A stretch of DNA of 64,000 nt, from assembly GCA_043228905.1 (NCBI GenBank), contig JBHGNT010000009.1:4340001-4404000 (forward strand), read 5' to 3'. The translations under genes and the position numbers were made by a program. Below, piece after piece: positions 12,801 to 27,600 of this stretch (position 1 is the stretch's first letter; each line of letters begins with the position of its first letter). A model generated the notes under the pieces. The model saw only the letters and a program-made list of their open reading frames with translations, searched no databases and had not been told where the DNA came from. Origin of the DNA: Azolla caroliniana (taxonomy: Eukaryota > Plantae > Polypodiophyta).

Positions 12801-15643
12801 GATTCCCTAATTGTATCACTTGGGAACTTATATAACTCGAATATGATCTTCTCTCTTGCAGATGTTGCAAGGACCTCAATCCCCTACAAAGTCTTCCTAT
12901 TTTAGTAAAATACGCATAAAATACTTGTTTAGCCTTATAGTGGAAAAATTGTTGTGTTTCACTAATAGCCTTCTGAACACTAGATAGTGCGTAATCATAA
13001 GAATAGTCATATTTATTCCAAATATTATACATAATAGAAGCACAACCTTGGCTAAGAAACACATGATTCAAAATTCTAAACCTAGAATTTTTATAATGCT
13101 CTTCCAAGACTATAACTAAACGAAGTGGTGCATGATCAGAAAAGGAAAATGAAGGTAGGATTCAAATGGAGCCTCCTTTGTCCCATAAAACTTATGAGAA
13201 TAAAATCTATCTAACCTAGAAAAAATGGTATGTGACTCTCTTCTATCTGATCTTGAGTAAACTAAGGAATCATGTATCCTTACAAAAGAAGACACGTGCC
13301 ACAAGTCCATTAAACCCAAAGAAAAAATCAAAAGTTCCCATTCATATAATTCTGAACCAGATAATGTCTATGATGTGCCTCCTAACCTATCACACACATC
13401 CTCCAACATATTAAAGTCACATGCAATTGCCCAATGGTCAACAACCGGTAACTGTGACATTATGCTCTTCCATAATATCGTTCTGTCGCTTACTTGATTC
13501 GGTGCATAGATATTCAACAAACCTCACTTATTCAAACCTATTTGAAGAATTACATAATGAACTCTACCACAAGTCAATACTCCGTAGTGTAAGAAAGAAG
13601 ACCACCAAATATCATTTATTGCAATGCAAAGTCTTGCTTTCAAACTATTATCACTAGTTGCAGGCACCCAAAACCGTCTCCACTGGCCTGGCAACAAGTT
13701 TCTATATTTCTGAATCCTTTGTTCATTTAAGTGATGCTCTTGAATAAGAACATCAATCCTACCTATCAAATACTTCCTTAGCTGACGATGGAAAACACAC
13801 CTTACTTTACAACAATGTCTGCCTCCTAAGCCCCATACATTCCATGAAATAATATTTAATCTATCAATCATTCATGTTTTGCCCTCCTACTCTCCTTTCG
13901 GTAAGTGCAACGTCTCTACCCTTCCTTCCATCCTTTGAGGCCTGTAATTGTCTCTTATTTGACCAAATGTCTTTCCCAGTCAACTTATGTGCACGCACTG
14001 ACATATGTTTATCTACTATAGAAACCCTATCGGAAGACCTAGCAGTTGTAGTAAAAGAAATTATATTCCCACAATCCATGTCAACATGTGCAAGGTCTAC
14101 CTTGAACACTTCATTTTTTTAAAACTTGGTTAAAGCTAGGTACCTATCAACTTGTTGTACTTGATCTAAAATAAGTTGTTTATCCTTATTAAATTGATTA
14201 TTAACCTTAGAAATAGGTTCTACAGTTTGTACCTTCAAAAGTATGTCTTGCGAATTATGTTCCACTCGATGTTCCTTTGTGAAAACTAGGAGGGAAAAAC
14301 CGTCATCCACTTTACTAATCCCCACATCCTTTTCCACTTCCTGCAAAGAGTGATAAGGGTTAGCTTCAAGTAATAACACTGGATTAACCATCGTACTAGT
14401 TGGTTTCAAAACATGTTTAAATTTGTAGAAACTGTAGACCAACCATCATTATTAACATCTGGTCGAGTAGGTGGATGACTTTCAACATTTGGATGTTGCT
14501 TCTAACAATCTTGACCTAAATGATCAAACTATCGGCACACAAAACATTGATCAGGGCAAACCTTGATAATACACCTTTTGCACAACCGGTGGTTTATTTA
14601 TAACAAAATTAGGTAAATAAATAGTTTCCGGCAAACGAATAGATCTTGGTGCGATGAACCAAACAATTGGGACCCCACCCACTCTATCTGTCCCATAAAC
14701 CTATCAATCACGCGTAGTAATGACTTTACCTAACAAAGCCCTAATGCAAGGCCGTAACAACCATACTAGACTCTTGATCCTGCAATATTTCATCTACCGT
14801 AACATTATGCTACCATTTATGAAAAGAAACCCACACACCTTCCACGCCCGCCTCCTTAATCACTAATAGCCTGGCGATGGACTCCTCACCTGCAAATTCC
14901 ACATGATAACATCCTCGAGACATGAACTGAATGTCGCGGATGTTATCCGCTTCCTCCAAGAAAGCAGCGTACGAAGTATGACAGAGTTTCGATCTATTCA
15001 GTTGTGAACCCTGTCCCTGCGCTACCAAGGAGAAAGCCTCCAACCGTTGTACCTTGCCCAAGATTGTAGCTTTATCCTCCTTCGACAACACAAGGTCGAC
15101 TGTCTCATCACACAGATGAGGCGAAAGTTGGGGGGGGGGGTGCACTAGACTCCCCTGCTCGCGTATATGGTCCAACTGTAGATGAAGTATGAGGCTGGTC
15201 TGCAGTCAACCTCCTGCTTGTACTAGAAGCACCTCTCGTTGTGGTCATGCTGTTTGCACCACACGCAACTTGTTCGTTTTCTGTTTTCTGCATCGTTTCT
15301 CATGAAGGAAGGGATTTGCCACTTGATTATACAAGATCTAGATCACATACATGCATGTGCTTTCCCCAAACTATTCATATCCCTTAGCCAACAATAACTT
15401 TCTATATTCAATGTTCACACATGATATCGGAGAACCCATGGCCACTACATGCCCTTGTTAGGTACATGCCTTTGTGCTTCATGAAGATATTAACCCTCAA
15501 TTACATATATGAAGAATCTTGACCATCTAGCCTTTCAAATAAAGGCAGATTCTTATATTTTTATAATGACCCCGAAATATTGTGAAATTACGAAAATATG
15601 CCCCTTCTGGTCCTAACCAGGAAAGAAGAGCAGAGCGATCTCC

Positions 15644-18600
15644 ATGTCGACGACAGGGGATCAAATGGAGGGGGATTCCATAGTTTCCTCAGATGTGGTA
15701 AACGTTGCAGAGTATGAAGCTTTGGCTGCCAAAAAGCTCCCAAAAATGGCCTATGACTTTTACTCTGCAGGAGCTGAAGATGAATGGACCCTTCGATACA
15801 ACAAAATTGCTTTTTCTACCATCAGGTTAGTGTTATTATTGGTCCCCCTTCTCTTATGATCATTCTTCATATGTTTTAATGGTGTTCTTTCTGATGGGAC
15901 ATAGAGCTATAGAATCGATGTCAATGCATATAATGTTATGCTGCTCTTTTCTGATGAATCCATAAATCCCTAGAGTGTTGTATAAATGTGATGATCTTGT
16001 ATATTGTCGTATTCTGGTCGAATCATAAACAACTACCGAGACTCCAAAGCTTTATATTCATTAACTAACCTCAAAACGAAGGAAAACTAAAACTTAACAC
16101 ATCATATACAAATATTATTCATTGAAAGTAAAAAGAGAAGAATCATAAAAAGTAAAATAACTTGCACTCTAGTCTGTATAAGCGTCAGAAAAAACAATGA
16201 TTACATGGGCTCAAATCAGAGGAAACTAGAACTTCACAATTAATATCATCACATACATGCAAGACACAGGGCTATGAACTCATTGCAAACGACAACATCA
16301 CATAAACTCAAACTTAGAAACATAAGAGAGGAAAAGGTGTTACATACAATCCTACACATTTTTAGGAGTAAAATGCACAAGGCCTTGTTACTACCTATGC
16401 GAGGTTGCATTTACTCGACTTTCTTGTGGATATGCATGCAATCCTTGGTACCCAAGAGCCACGAACGAAATTGTGGTTGTTTGATACACTTGTAACACCA
16501 ACTCGTCTCTATGGAGTAGAAATTTGGGGATCAAACCTTCATAGGCACAATTGAAAAGATTTGGAGAGACCTTTTGTCTCGATGATTGTCAACATGATGA
16601 AGAACAAAGCATTGGTGCCCTATGATAGAATCTAGCTGGAGATGAGAGCATCCCCCATAGTGATCAAGGCATTATTCTGATCAGTAACTGGTATCCAATG
16701 GATTTGGGTGCTCCATAAGTAAAAGTACTCAAGACTATCATTCATGTCATCAAAACAGGTTGGTGAACATGGAGATGGTCTTAGTATCCTGAAATGCAAG
16801 AATGCTTCTAGTCACATGACATAATTATAAACGTATTATCTCTATTCCAATGTAGCCTGGATTTTCCATATGTAAACACGACCAAAGGGGAAAATAATAG
16901 AGTGATCTGAATTGACATAATTTAATTGGATATGCAAGAAGATGTATAAGCCCCACAATATCTCTTGGTAGGAAGATGGCTCACTACAAGACACTCTTTT
17001 TACACATCTGGCATGATGCATTTATTGTCATACCACCTTACATGGATACACATGTATCTTATGAACTTTGTAATATGAGAGGGCAACTCGGGACCTCTTC
17101 ACATCAGTTGGAAATTGAGACAAGAAAATACACACAAATCTATGGAAGATGGATCTACCAATTGTGTCATTGGGGGGTGGGATCAAAAGAACATTATGTT
17201 TTGCCATTGTGTTTTTTATGAAATGAGAGGGAGATAATGACGCCTCTTCAAACAAGGCTTTGATTCACGGTGTAAGGTAATGGATATGAAGCTCAATGGT
17301 GCTTGGGATTGTTCTTGCTTGAACACAACAGATAGAGAGAGAAGTTTTTGAAGGACGACAATACAACCACAACTCATCAACAAAGAACCATCACAATTTT
17401 CTTTAGCACCATCACCCCTTCTCATGCTACAAGTCAATCAAGAATTGCACAAGTGGGATCTCGACCATGACACTTAAAAAGGGTTATAATAGATCAGGCG
17501 ATAGCAAAGTGTTTGCAAGGGGCTAGAACAGAGTGAAGTTGTTGAAGGAAAACAATACAACCCACAACAACTCATCAACAAAGAACCATCACAACTGTCC
17601 GTAGCTACATCACCCCTTTTCATGCTACAAGTCAATCACGGGCTGCACAAGTAGGGCCTTGACCATGACACTAAAAAAGGTTTATAATAGATTAGGCAAT
17701 AGAAAAGTGTCATGAATGTAAGTCACAAGCATTTGGACCATGGGCCCACCACCCTTGTCTTTGACAAATGAAGGCCATTATTATTGATTCTCTTGCTTTG
17801 AAGATCTCTCCATACTAGAGCAGCCCATGCAAGAGATTTTTTTGAAGACAAAAGTTTCACTCTATCTAACTTCAGACAATACTCTATGTGCAGTTAAATT
17901 TATTTTTGTGTGCTCTTCTAGACAACATTCCATTTGGCCTCTTAAAAGATGTTAGTATCTTTGATCTTTCTTTCTATTTCATTTTGATGAATATAGACCC
18001 CTAGAGTCTTGGTAGTCAATGGTCATGATGATGTTAGATCGTCTAGGTTCCTTTGTTTTCAACACATGCAATGTTATATCTTTGACATTGTTAAGTTTGA
18101 GTATATTTACTATCGTTTTCTTTGATGAATATAGTAACCTAGAGTCGTGGTAGATGGGTCTGAGATTATTAGTTTAACATATTCTATTTAAATTTGTATG
18201 GAATATTTTCCTTATGTTGTTAACATTGAGCCCATATACGCTGTTTTATGATGTTATGTTGAGATTATATAATATTGTTTTTGTGAGGAATATATAGATC
18301 TCTATAATAGATTAGGTGTGATAACGCTGATAACTTGAGTTATGTAATGTTTTTTTTTCGGATGAATAGAGAGCCCTAGAGCTCTTGTAAATATGATGAT
18401 GTTATTGTTAGATATAGCCAATGATCACCCTTGAATTGTCGCTTTATCCCCACATGTATTCTTAGAGTGTGAAAACACCCCAAATGAAGAGTAGCTATTC
18501 TGTAACCTGACCATATGGGTTGATGAGGTGTCAATGTGGGAAATTGTAGATGATTTGACAGAATATATTTAGGAAAGAGGGAAGTAGGGTAACAAGATTG

Positions 18601-21600
18601 ACTCATCAGGTTGTCTAGAAGAATATTCTCTGTTGGCAGGTTAAGATGTACTTAGTCTTGAAGTACGTGTCAACTTTAAGATGAGTACTATCTAGCAGTA
18701 GCTTGTATCTAGGGAGCTAGGTCGTATTAAATGAAAAGTCGGTTGATAGAAAAGGAATATTCCCACTACTATCAACTGAATTGCACATTCAATGTAACAA
18801 TACAACCAAACACAGAATATAAATATCTACCCTCTTTCTCTTACATTGCTGCTGTGTCAATTATCTGTGTCAACTAGTCCAGATCCCATTTAAGCTCTAC
18901 ATTGTAAGCTACTCGCATATGTAATAGAAAGTTTGTATTGGCACATACATCTCTGTGAGTGTAAGTCTATACGCCTATCTAGTGGAATCTCAATATTTCT
19001 AACAGTTATCATCTGATTCGATCCCATGTAATGATGTTTTAAGTTTGAGCTTATGTAATATTGTGCTTGTTGATGAATATAAAACCCTAGAGTCTTGTAA
19101 ATGTGATGATATCTTTTTTCATGCTGACTCAGTTTTGATATGATGTAATGTTGTTGCAGGCTTCTTCCTAGAATCTTAGTAGATGTGAGTAGGGTGGATC
19201 TTAGCACCACAATTTTGGGTTATAGAGTTCCCATGCCAATTATGGTTGCCCCCACAGCTTTGCATAAAATGGCCCATCCTGATGGTAAATCCTAATTTAC
19301 AAATCATGTAATCAATATCAGTTAATTGATAGTTTATGTAATTAAAACAGATAAAAGTCAGAGTAGAAATCTACTACCCATTGGATTTTCCTCCAAGAAG
19401 AGTTGTGTTATGTGCAGACATAACATAGATTAGGAACCATAATTAGGCTAAAAAAGAGAAGAGAGGCTATTTCTATGTGATTCGTTCTGTAAATCCCATA
19501 TTATATATCAAGTGTAGCTATGGTGTCAACTCAAGACCTGGGGTTTATAGATATATAAGAGCGTGCTACCCTCTTCAATCTTGTCCATTTTCTATTCATT
19601 CCTTCACTTTCCTTCAGTCTGGCAAGCTTGAGATATTGCAATCCCTAATCCAAGGTACATGCAAACACTGTGGTATGCAGTATAAGATGCACCTAGACAT
19701 ATTATCAAATTGATGGGTCTCAGCAATGGGATATGAGTTGGGTAAAGAGTAATATCTAACCCTCTTACTTTGTGAAATATATCATTTGCGTTAACTACTA
19801 GCTTATTTAGTATTCCATCCCAGCAAGCTTATATCAAAGACATAGCATACCCAATCCCTGCCACGAGTGAGGCTTAATCATTCACATATGGGGAGGAGAA
19901 ATAGACATGCTAGGGCTGCTAGCCCTTTAGATAAATCTAAAGCCGAGGAACAAGCAATATCACAAAGACATAGCCTAGTCGCTGCCACCACAAGAGACCA
20001 TGTCCATATCCGGAATATAACTATCTGCATAGTAGATGCCCATAAATCTCTAAATGTTGATCGATCTATCTTAGGATCAATTTGTCTCTTAAATCTCATA
20101 TTAAATGCGTGGACATGTGTACTCGAGAACTGGTAAGAGATGCACAGTTATAGAATGAATTGTTTTGTTTGTTGATATGGCAGGTGAATTGGCTACAGCA
20201 AAGGCAGCTGCTTCTGTCGGAACAATCATGGTATACTTAATTCAATTTGATGTTTTGTGCATAATTTAAGGGTAGCTATAATTATGTTCTAAAAAATACA
20301 CAAAATTAGAGATTTATAGTCTTCCATGAGATGAATCAGGGCTTTAATTTATGTTATTTTTGAGGACTACAATCAAGCACAAAGATGGAAAGAATGTTAT
20401 TGCATTGAATGATTATAACAGAACACAGACTAGATAGGAAATTGTTTTGCACTCTAAAATTTGTTCCAATGCATACCTCCGAGTTAAGGCTAGACAGTGG
20501 GGGGTAACTCATTGAACAGTGGGGGGTAACTCATTGCAATGCAGAACATGTTTTTACTTCAGAAACCTAATTTAGATCATTGTGGGATTTGCATACAGGT
20601 TCTTTCATTCTCATCTTCATGTAGTGTAGAAGAAGTTGCTGATGCTAGTGCTGGTCTCAAATTTTTTCAACTCTATGTGAGTTTTCCTATTCCACAATAA
20701 CCTTTCCTATATTGAAAATCAAGCACAATTAACTATCTGAAATAGGCTGCTGCTGTATAATCTAGTAGCATAAGTGTAATCTCAGAGCTGTTGGAAGTTA
20801 AGTATGCAGTCTTAGATATATTCACATACTTTGACTCCAGAGTAGTTTATTAGATTTTTTCCGCAGTTTTAAGTTTTGAGGGTATCCTAATTATTATGCA
20901 TAGGCAACTTGACCAGTCTCCTAGACTAAGTACTTAATAATAATTGGTGAAGTAAGAGATGTTGGGAAAAGAAAGATCTTCTCCTTGTATTGAGATAGCC
21001 AGCATAGTTCGTGGGAATCCCTCAGAGAAATATCGGCTCTGGTGGTGGTTGATGAAGTTGTGCACCCAGAGAATCAACCTGCTAATTTGTATTATGACCG
21101 ACAAGCAGAGAGTATGTTATGGAAGCAGAAGTATCAAACTTATGTGATTGGTAGCCTAGTCTAGTTTTGGAGGACAACGAAAGAGTGGAATTTCAAGATT
21201 GTTGGCGACATTGCGTGCCATCACATCCCATCTAATCTAGGCAGTAACTCAAGGATGCCACTACAAAGCTGTTACTGTTGTTTGCTTGATCTACCCAATC
21301 AGTAAAGAAAATTCTCTGATGGTATCACTGTAGGCATTTCTGGTACTATCAATTGCATGATAAATTTTGCAGGTTGAATGTTTATGTAATAAGAATCCAA
21401 ACCTCAATTAAAAATTGTTGCCATAGTCATATAAAAGCACGTGAGTTGAGTGCAGTTTGACATGGCGTCAACATGGGGTGATGGATTTCAATTTTTTTCA
21501 TTTGAAGATGATAATCACACTCATCACAAATATTCCTATTCTGTTTATGAAATTTCACATGAAACACATTCTTATGATTGCTCACAAAGTCTATAATCAT

Positions 21601-24600
21601 TTATGAGCATTGATACTCATTTGTCTCTCCTTCCATTTTTCATTTTCTCTTGAATCTTACGAAGTGTACTCTATAAACTACACCATAGAAGAATATGCAA
21701 GTAGGATATCATCAAAATGTATGACTGATAGAATCAGTCATCAAGATCCAGACATTCCTTTCAATCATTCTGGGTTAGAGCAATATATCCAATGTTTATA
21801 TGAGAAAACTGGAACTGCAATGTGAATCAGGGAATGGTCAACTGTCATATATCCAATATTTATATGAGAAAACTGGAACTGCTATGTGACTCAGGGACGA
21901 GAGTATATCCAATGTTTCTATGATTTTTTGCTCATAAAATCAGGAAATCCTTTAACAATGACCTGGCAGAGGATATATAATGTGCTGATATGATAGACAT
22001 CTTCAATGCAATGGAAATAATGATACTGTTCTGTCTTCAGTGGAGTACGTTGTCCCTTGGGCTAACATCAGACTTGTCAATTGGACTGTTTTCTAGGCAC
22101 CTAACGTTGTAATGGAAATGCTATGCTAGAAGATGCATCATATGGTATGATATCTCTGGAGTACTATTGACAAAACCACATGCTCAGAACTATGATACCT
22201 TAAGTGGGTTGATAAGAAACAGCACTAAACCACGTGATGTCAATGGGAGCAATCACCAAATGCAAATTTCTTGCAAGAAGGTATAATGAGAACCAGATAT
22301 TTGGTAATAGCCATGTTAACCCTATTGAAAAAGGAGCAACAGAGAGTGGAGAACATTCATCATTCTAATGTCTTAAGATCTCATGATCTCATGAATTATG
22401 TTAAAAGTAGTAGCAAACTTAGATCAGCCTATGAATTTTGCTTTTGATTGTATCTATGGCTTATTTATTATTTTATTCTTGCATGTTATTTTTCCTCTTG
22501 GGTTTGGTTTCTGTTTGTTCCTTTGTTTTGACATTCAATCCAGGCCTTCATCATGGACAAGTTTACCTTCTAGAAAGAAAGAAAGAAATATTAACATCTT
22601 TTAAGAGGCCAAAATGGCCTATAAGAACAAACAAGAGATTACATCTTAAGTGTTGTCTCGTCTTTGAGAACAACAAATCAAAATAAAATAAATATTACTC
22701 CGTAAATATAAAAGTAAATAAGATAAAAAGAGATGAGGGAATCAGGCACTTGGAATCTCTTTATGAGCTAATCATACACTAGTCTTTTGGGCGTTGATGA
22801 TGCGAGTAGTGATGGCATAACTTTTGACAATGTTATGCATGTCAAATTGACAAACTTTTAAAAGCTGTCACTCTAAGTGGGAAGTTCGTTTTTAGGGTTT
22901 GTTAATTTTGAAGACCAAACAAGAGATTACATCTTAAGTGTTGTCTTGTCTTTGAGAACAACAAATCAAAATAAAATAAATATTACTCCGTAAATATAAA
23001 AGTAAATAAAATAAAAAGAGACGAGGGAAACTGGCACTTGGAGTCTCTTTATGAGCTAATCATACACTAGTCTTGGGCGTTGATGATGCAAGTAGGGATT
23101 GTGAGAAAAACTGTTAATAGCAGCAGCGGAAGAGTTAGAACAAAATAGACACAGCCAAGTTGTGAGAAGGCTGTTAGACAACAGTAGAAAAAATGGTTGC
23201 AAAGAGTAGAGACACAGCCAAAGAGTTGTGCTTGTTTCTAAGTAGCAGCAGAAAATAATCTCCTTACAAAAGAGGCTGGTATAAGCCTATTTATACAAAA
23301 TTGGGAATGGTTGTTTGGTAGTTAAGAGACTCTTGTACTACCAAACAGGTACAATAAACTAGGAATTAAAAAGGGAATATCTTGGAAAAAGTGGAAGAGA
23401 CAAAAGGCATTTAAAGCATTGCAGATTCTAGAGAGAGAAGGCATTTAAAGAGTTGCAGATTCTAGAGAGAAAAGAATCTGGGAAGAGAGAGAATGTAGTA
23501 CAGAGATAATAAAGATGAAAGAGTGTAGGTCTGGAGTTGCCACTCCTCTCAGCTCCAGAACGGCGGTCCACCATTGAGTCGATCGAGGAGCTGATCAATG
23601 GCTTGCCTTGGAAGCAGCTTAGTAAATAAATCAAGCACATTTTCTTGAGTAGGGCAATATGCCAATTTGATGACTTGTGATTTTACTAATTCACGAACAA
23701 AATGGTACACTTCGATGTGTTTTGTTCTACCATGAAATGCTGAGCTATGTGCCAAGGCACGGGCACTTTGGCTGTCGGTGAAAACTGCAATAGGAGAGTC
23801 TTGCAAAACACGAATGTGAGAAAACAATTGCATAACCATAGCAACTCACAGCAAGTATCCAAGTAGGCGCGGTATTCAGCTTCCGTCGATGAAGTAGAAA
23901 CTGAGTTTTGCTTCTTTGATTTCCAAGAAATCAAGCCTGAACCTAACATAAAACAATAGCCAGATGTGGACCTTCTAGAATCAATATCACCTGCCCAATC
24001 AGAATACCTTCTAGCCAACAAGCTCAATGCCGCCTCTAAAAGACTGACCATAGTCGAGTGTGTTGGCCAAATACTGAAGAACTCGAATAGCTGCTTGCCA
24101 ATGACTTTGTCTTGGAGCAGTTGAGAATTGGCTGAGAATACTCACGCTATAGGACAAATCAGGCCTGGTATAAGTTAAGTGAAGAAGGGACCCAATTAAC
24201 CTTCTATATTTCGTGATATCCTCAAATATGGGAGAATTGTCTTCACGAGATAGCTTTGAGTTTGGATCCATTGGACAGGAGAGTGGCGTGCAATTTGACA
24301 TGCTATAGGTCTCAAGGAGCTGCCTGAGATACCTATGTTGGCTGAGAAAGATACCACCACGTGATTGATAGACCTCCATACCTATGAAATAATGGAGAAG
24401 TCCTAGATCAATCATTTCAAAGATTGTTTTGACGTCAGCGCGGACCTCCTCGATTTTAGATGCAAGGGACCCTGTAATTAGAAGGTCGTCAACATATAAA
24501 ATGATCAAGCAAAGCAAATTATCTTGGGAAAAAACATAGAGATTGCTGTCAACATTACAGTTTTGAAACCCAAGAGAGAGAAAGAAGCTATCAATTTTGT

Positions 24601-27600
24601 CATGCCAAGCTTTGGGAGCTTGCTTTAAGCCATACAAGGCTTTGTGTAACCTGTAGACCATGTTTTTCTGCTCTAAAATCTTGAAACCTGGAGGCTGTTC
24701 AACATAAACCTCCTCTTTCAAGTCACCGTTAAGGAAGGCTGACTTGACATCCATTTGAAAAATGGGCCATTTGTTGTGAGCAGCAAGTGCAAGCGCACAT
24801 TGGATAGAGGTGTACCTTGCTGTTGGAGCAAAAGTTTCCTCGTAATCCACTCCTTCGACTTGTGAGTAGCCTTTTGCCACTAAACGTGCATTGTGCTTAT
24901 CCAAAGTACCATCAACATGGTATTTGATCTTGAAAATCCATTTCAGTCCAATGACTTGTCGATGTGGAGGCCATGGGATCAGCTCCCATGTATGATTCTG
25001 CTCAATGGAATCTAGTTCAACTTCCATTGCTGCTTTCCACTTTGGAAAAACAAGGGCCTCTTTCGCTGTTGTGGGTTCTTTTGATTGCACAACAGTGCAC
25101 AATAAGGCAAAGTTGCATGAGTGAAGAGGCCGTTGTGACTTACGTGTTCGAGAACCAGATGTATATACTTATGAAGTTCAGCATCGGAGAGATGAGAATC
25201 ACGAATGGTGGTTGAAGCCACTTGGGAAGTGGTGGAAGCTGGTTTGTAGAGGGATGGGAAACAAGTGGAGTTGAGGGAGAGGATTGAATTGTTGGCGAAG
25301 TTAGAGATTGAGTAGGAGGAGATGGGGGGCTTGAAGATGAGACATCTTCGTCAAAAATAGGAGAATCCGGAGGAGCTGGGATTTCAACCATGAACTCAAG
25401 TGAAATCCTAGAATCATCCAGCTGAGACTCCACAAAATGAACATCCCTAGAGATGACTAGGGACTTTGACTCTAAATCCCATAACCTGTATGCTTTAGAT
25501 TGTGTGCTGTAACCAAGAAATTTGCATTTCTTGGTTTTGGACTCAAATTTCGTCCTTCTATGATCTGAAATGTGAACATAAGCATCACAACCAAAGACTT
25601 TAAAATGAGATACTGAGGGCGTTACACTTGTAAATGCTTCTGCAGACGTCATTCCAGCAACTGCTTTTGTTGGGCAGCAGTTGATGATGTAGACTGCTGT
25701 GTTGACAACTTCACCCCAAAACGAGAGAGGAAGATCAGATTGAGATAGCATTGTACGAGCCATCTCTTGGACTGTCCGGTTCTTCCTTTCCACGACTCCA
25801 TTTTGTTGAGGAGTATTGGGTGTAGAAAATTGGCGAGCAATGCCTCGTTGAGAGCAGAAATGGTGGAAAGCTTGGGAGATAAACTCTCCACCATTGTCCG
25901 ACCTTATCTTTCGAACTTTCTTCGATGTCTCGTTCTCCACGAGAGCTACCCATTCTTGAAATTTTGTGAAGGCTTGCGATTTTTCTACAAGAAAATAAAC
26001 CCAAACCTTGCGGGAGAAATCATCAATGATGAGCATGAAGTAGCGTGCACCACCAAGAGTAGTGGTTTTCATGGGACCACAAAGATCCATGTGCACTAAC
26101 TCCAAGATAGATGTTGCACTGTGAGTGGTTTCATGAGGGAAAGGCTCTCGATGTTGCTTGCCATGAAGACAAGCAACACATGGGGTATTGCGAGTTTTGA
26201 AAATAGGAAGACCCTCAACTAGTTGGGAAGAGGAGAGCTTTTGAAGAGAATCATAGTTGAGATGACCAAACCTAGCATGCCACAACGTGGGATCTTCTTG
26301 TGCCACCAACGCATGAGAGCCTTGAAAAAGATGAAGAAGATGAGATTTGGACTTTTCCAAGGGGCTATGGGAACTTTTTAGGCGGTATAAACCCCCTTCT
26401 TGTGTGCCACTAGCTACAATTTGTAGGTTGTTGGAGTCAATGACTTCCAAAACTGAGCTATTAAAGAAGGCTCCATAACCTTGCTTGAAAGAGCCTTGTG
26501 CCACCAACGCATGAGAGCCTTGAAAAAGATGAAGAAGATGAGATTTGGACTTTTCCAAGGGGCTATGGGAACTTTTTAGGCAGTATAAACCCCCTTCTTG
26601 TGTGCCACTAGCTACAATTTGTAGGTTGTTGGTGTCAATGACTTCCAAAACTGAGCTATTAAAGAAGGATCCATAACCTTGCTTAGTGATTTGGTAGACT
26701 GAAAGTAGGTTGGCAGAGGTGCAAGGCACATGTAACACATCTTGAAGAATGACAGGTTCTTCATTTGAAGAATTGTTAAGAAACACATTACCCACACATG
26801 AAGCCTCAATGCTTGAGGCAGCTCCTATGGATATTTGGGAGGATCTAGGTTTCACATCATGCAAAATGGATTTGTCATAGGTCATGTGTGAAGTAGCACC
26901 ACTATCTACTAACCACTCATCAATGGTTGAGGTAGTTGGTCCAGCCAAATGTGAAGTATGTTCCTCAATGCCAAGGAAAACTGTTTCTTTGGCTGAGTGG
27001 GGGGACGAGTTGGATTTCGGTGTAGCTTGATTTTCGGTAGAAGAAGTGTTCTTAGCATTGTGCCTTTTCTTTTTCCGACAATCCAGCTGAATGTGACCTT
27101 TGTAGCCACAATAATGACAAGTGAGCTCCTTGTAAGCTAGGTTGTTTGGTGGTCTTGGATTGGGTTTGTTGTAGGAGTTACCATTTTGCTTACACTTGCC
27201 TTTACTTGTCGCATGTAGAAGCGTCTCATTGGAAGTTTGAGCACTTTTCTTCCTTGTTGCCCTATCTTGTAGCATACCAAGAAATGTATTCATATCAGAT
27301 GTGTTGGGAAGAAGATAAATTGTGTCACAAAATGCTGAGAATGACTCAGGCAACTTTATCATTAGACGATGCACAAACTCAACTTCAGTTGACTTGCTTC
27401 CCAAAGAAACTAGTTCCTTTTTGGAGAGTAACAAATTGCGTTATTTGATCCATGATGTTGGGAGTGTCATGAATCTTGAGATTAGCTAGTTGGTTCTCAA
27501 TAGCTATCATTTGAGCATGATTAGCTCGATGTTACCTCTTTTTGATGGATGTCCATAGTTCATTGGCTGTTTCTTCATCTGTATCTTGAAATTGACGAGT

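Larger units (their letters stand above)
6420..15300 (-). mobile_element. Decayed L1-clade LINE interrupted by the solo-LTR nest at 7353-10908
   Basis: ORF1 remnant about 15175-14120 with a zinc-knuckle remnant. ORF2 has endonuclease IISWNVWGLG (13871), RT WRPITLLNVIYKILAK, FVDD and YLG, KQKGGLGL, and a C-terminal zf-RVT-like CVMC..LHHVFWE at 6560-6760. Coding sequence resumes at 7352 after the insertion. Outer ends approximate. Confidence 0.88.
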
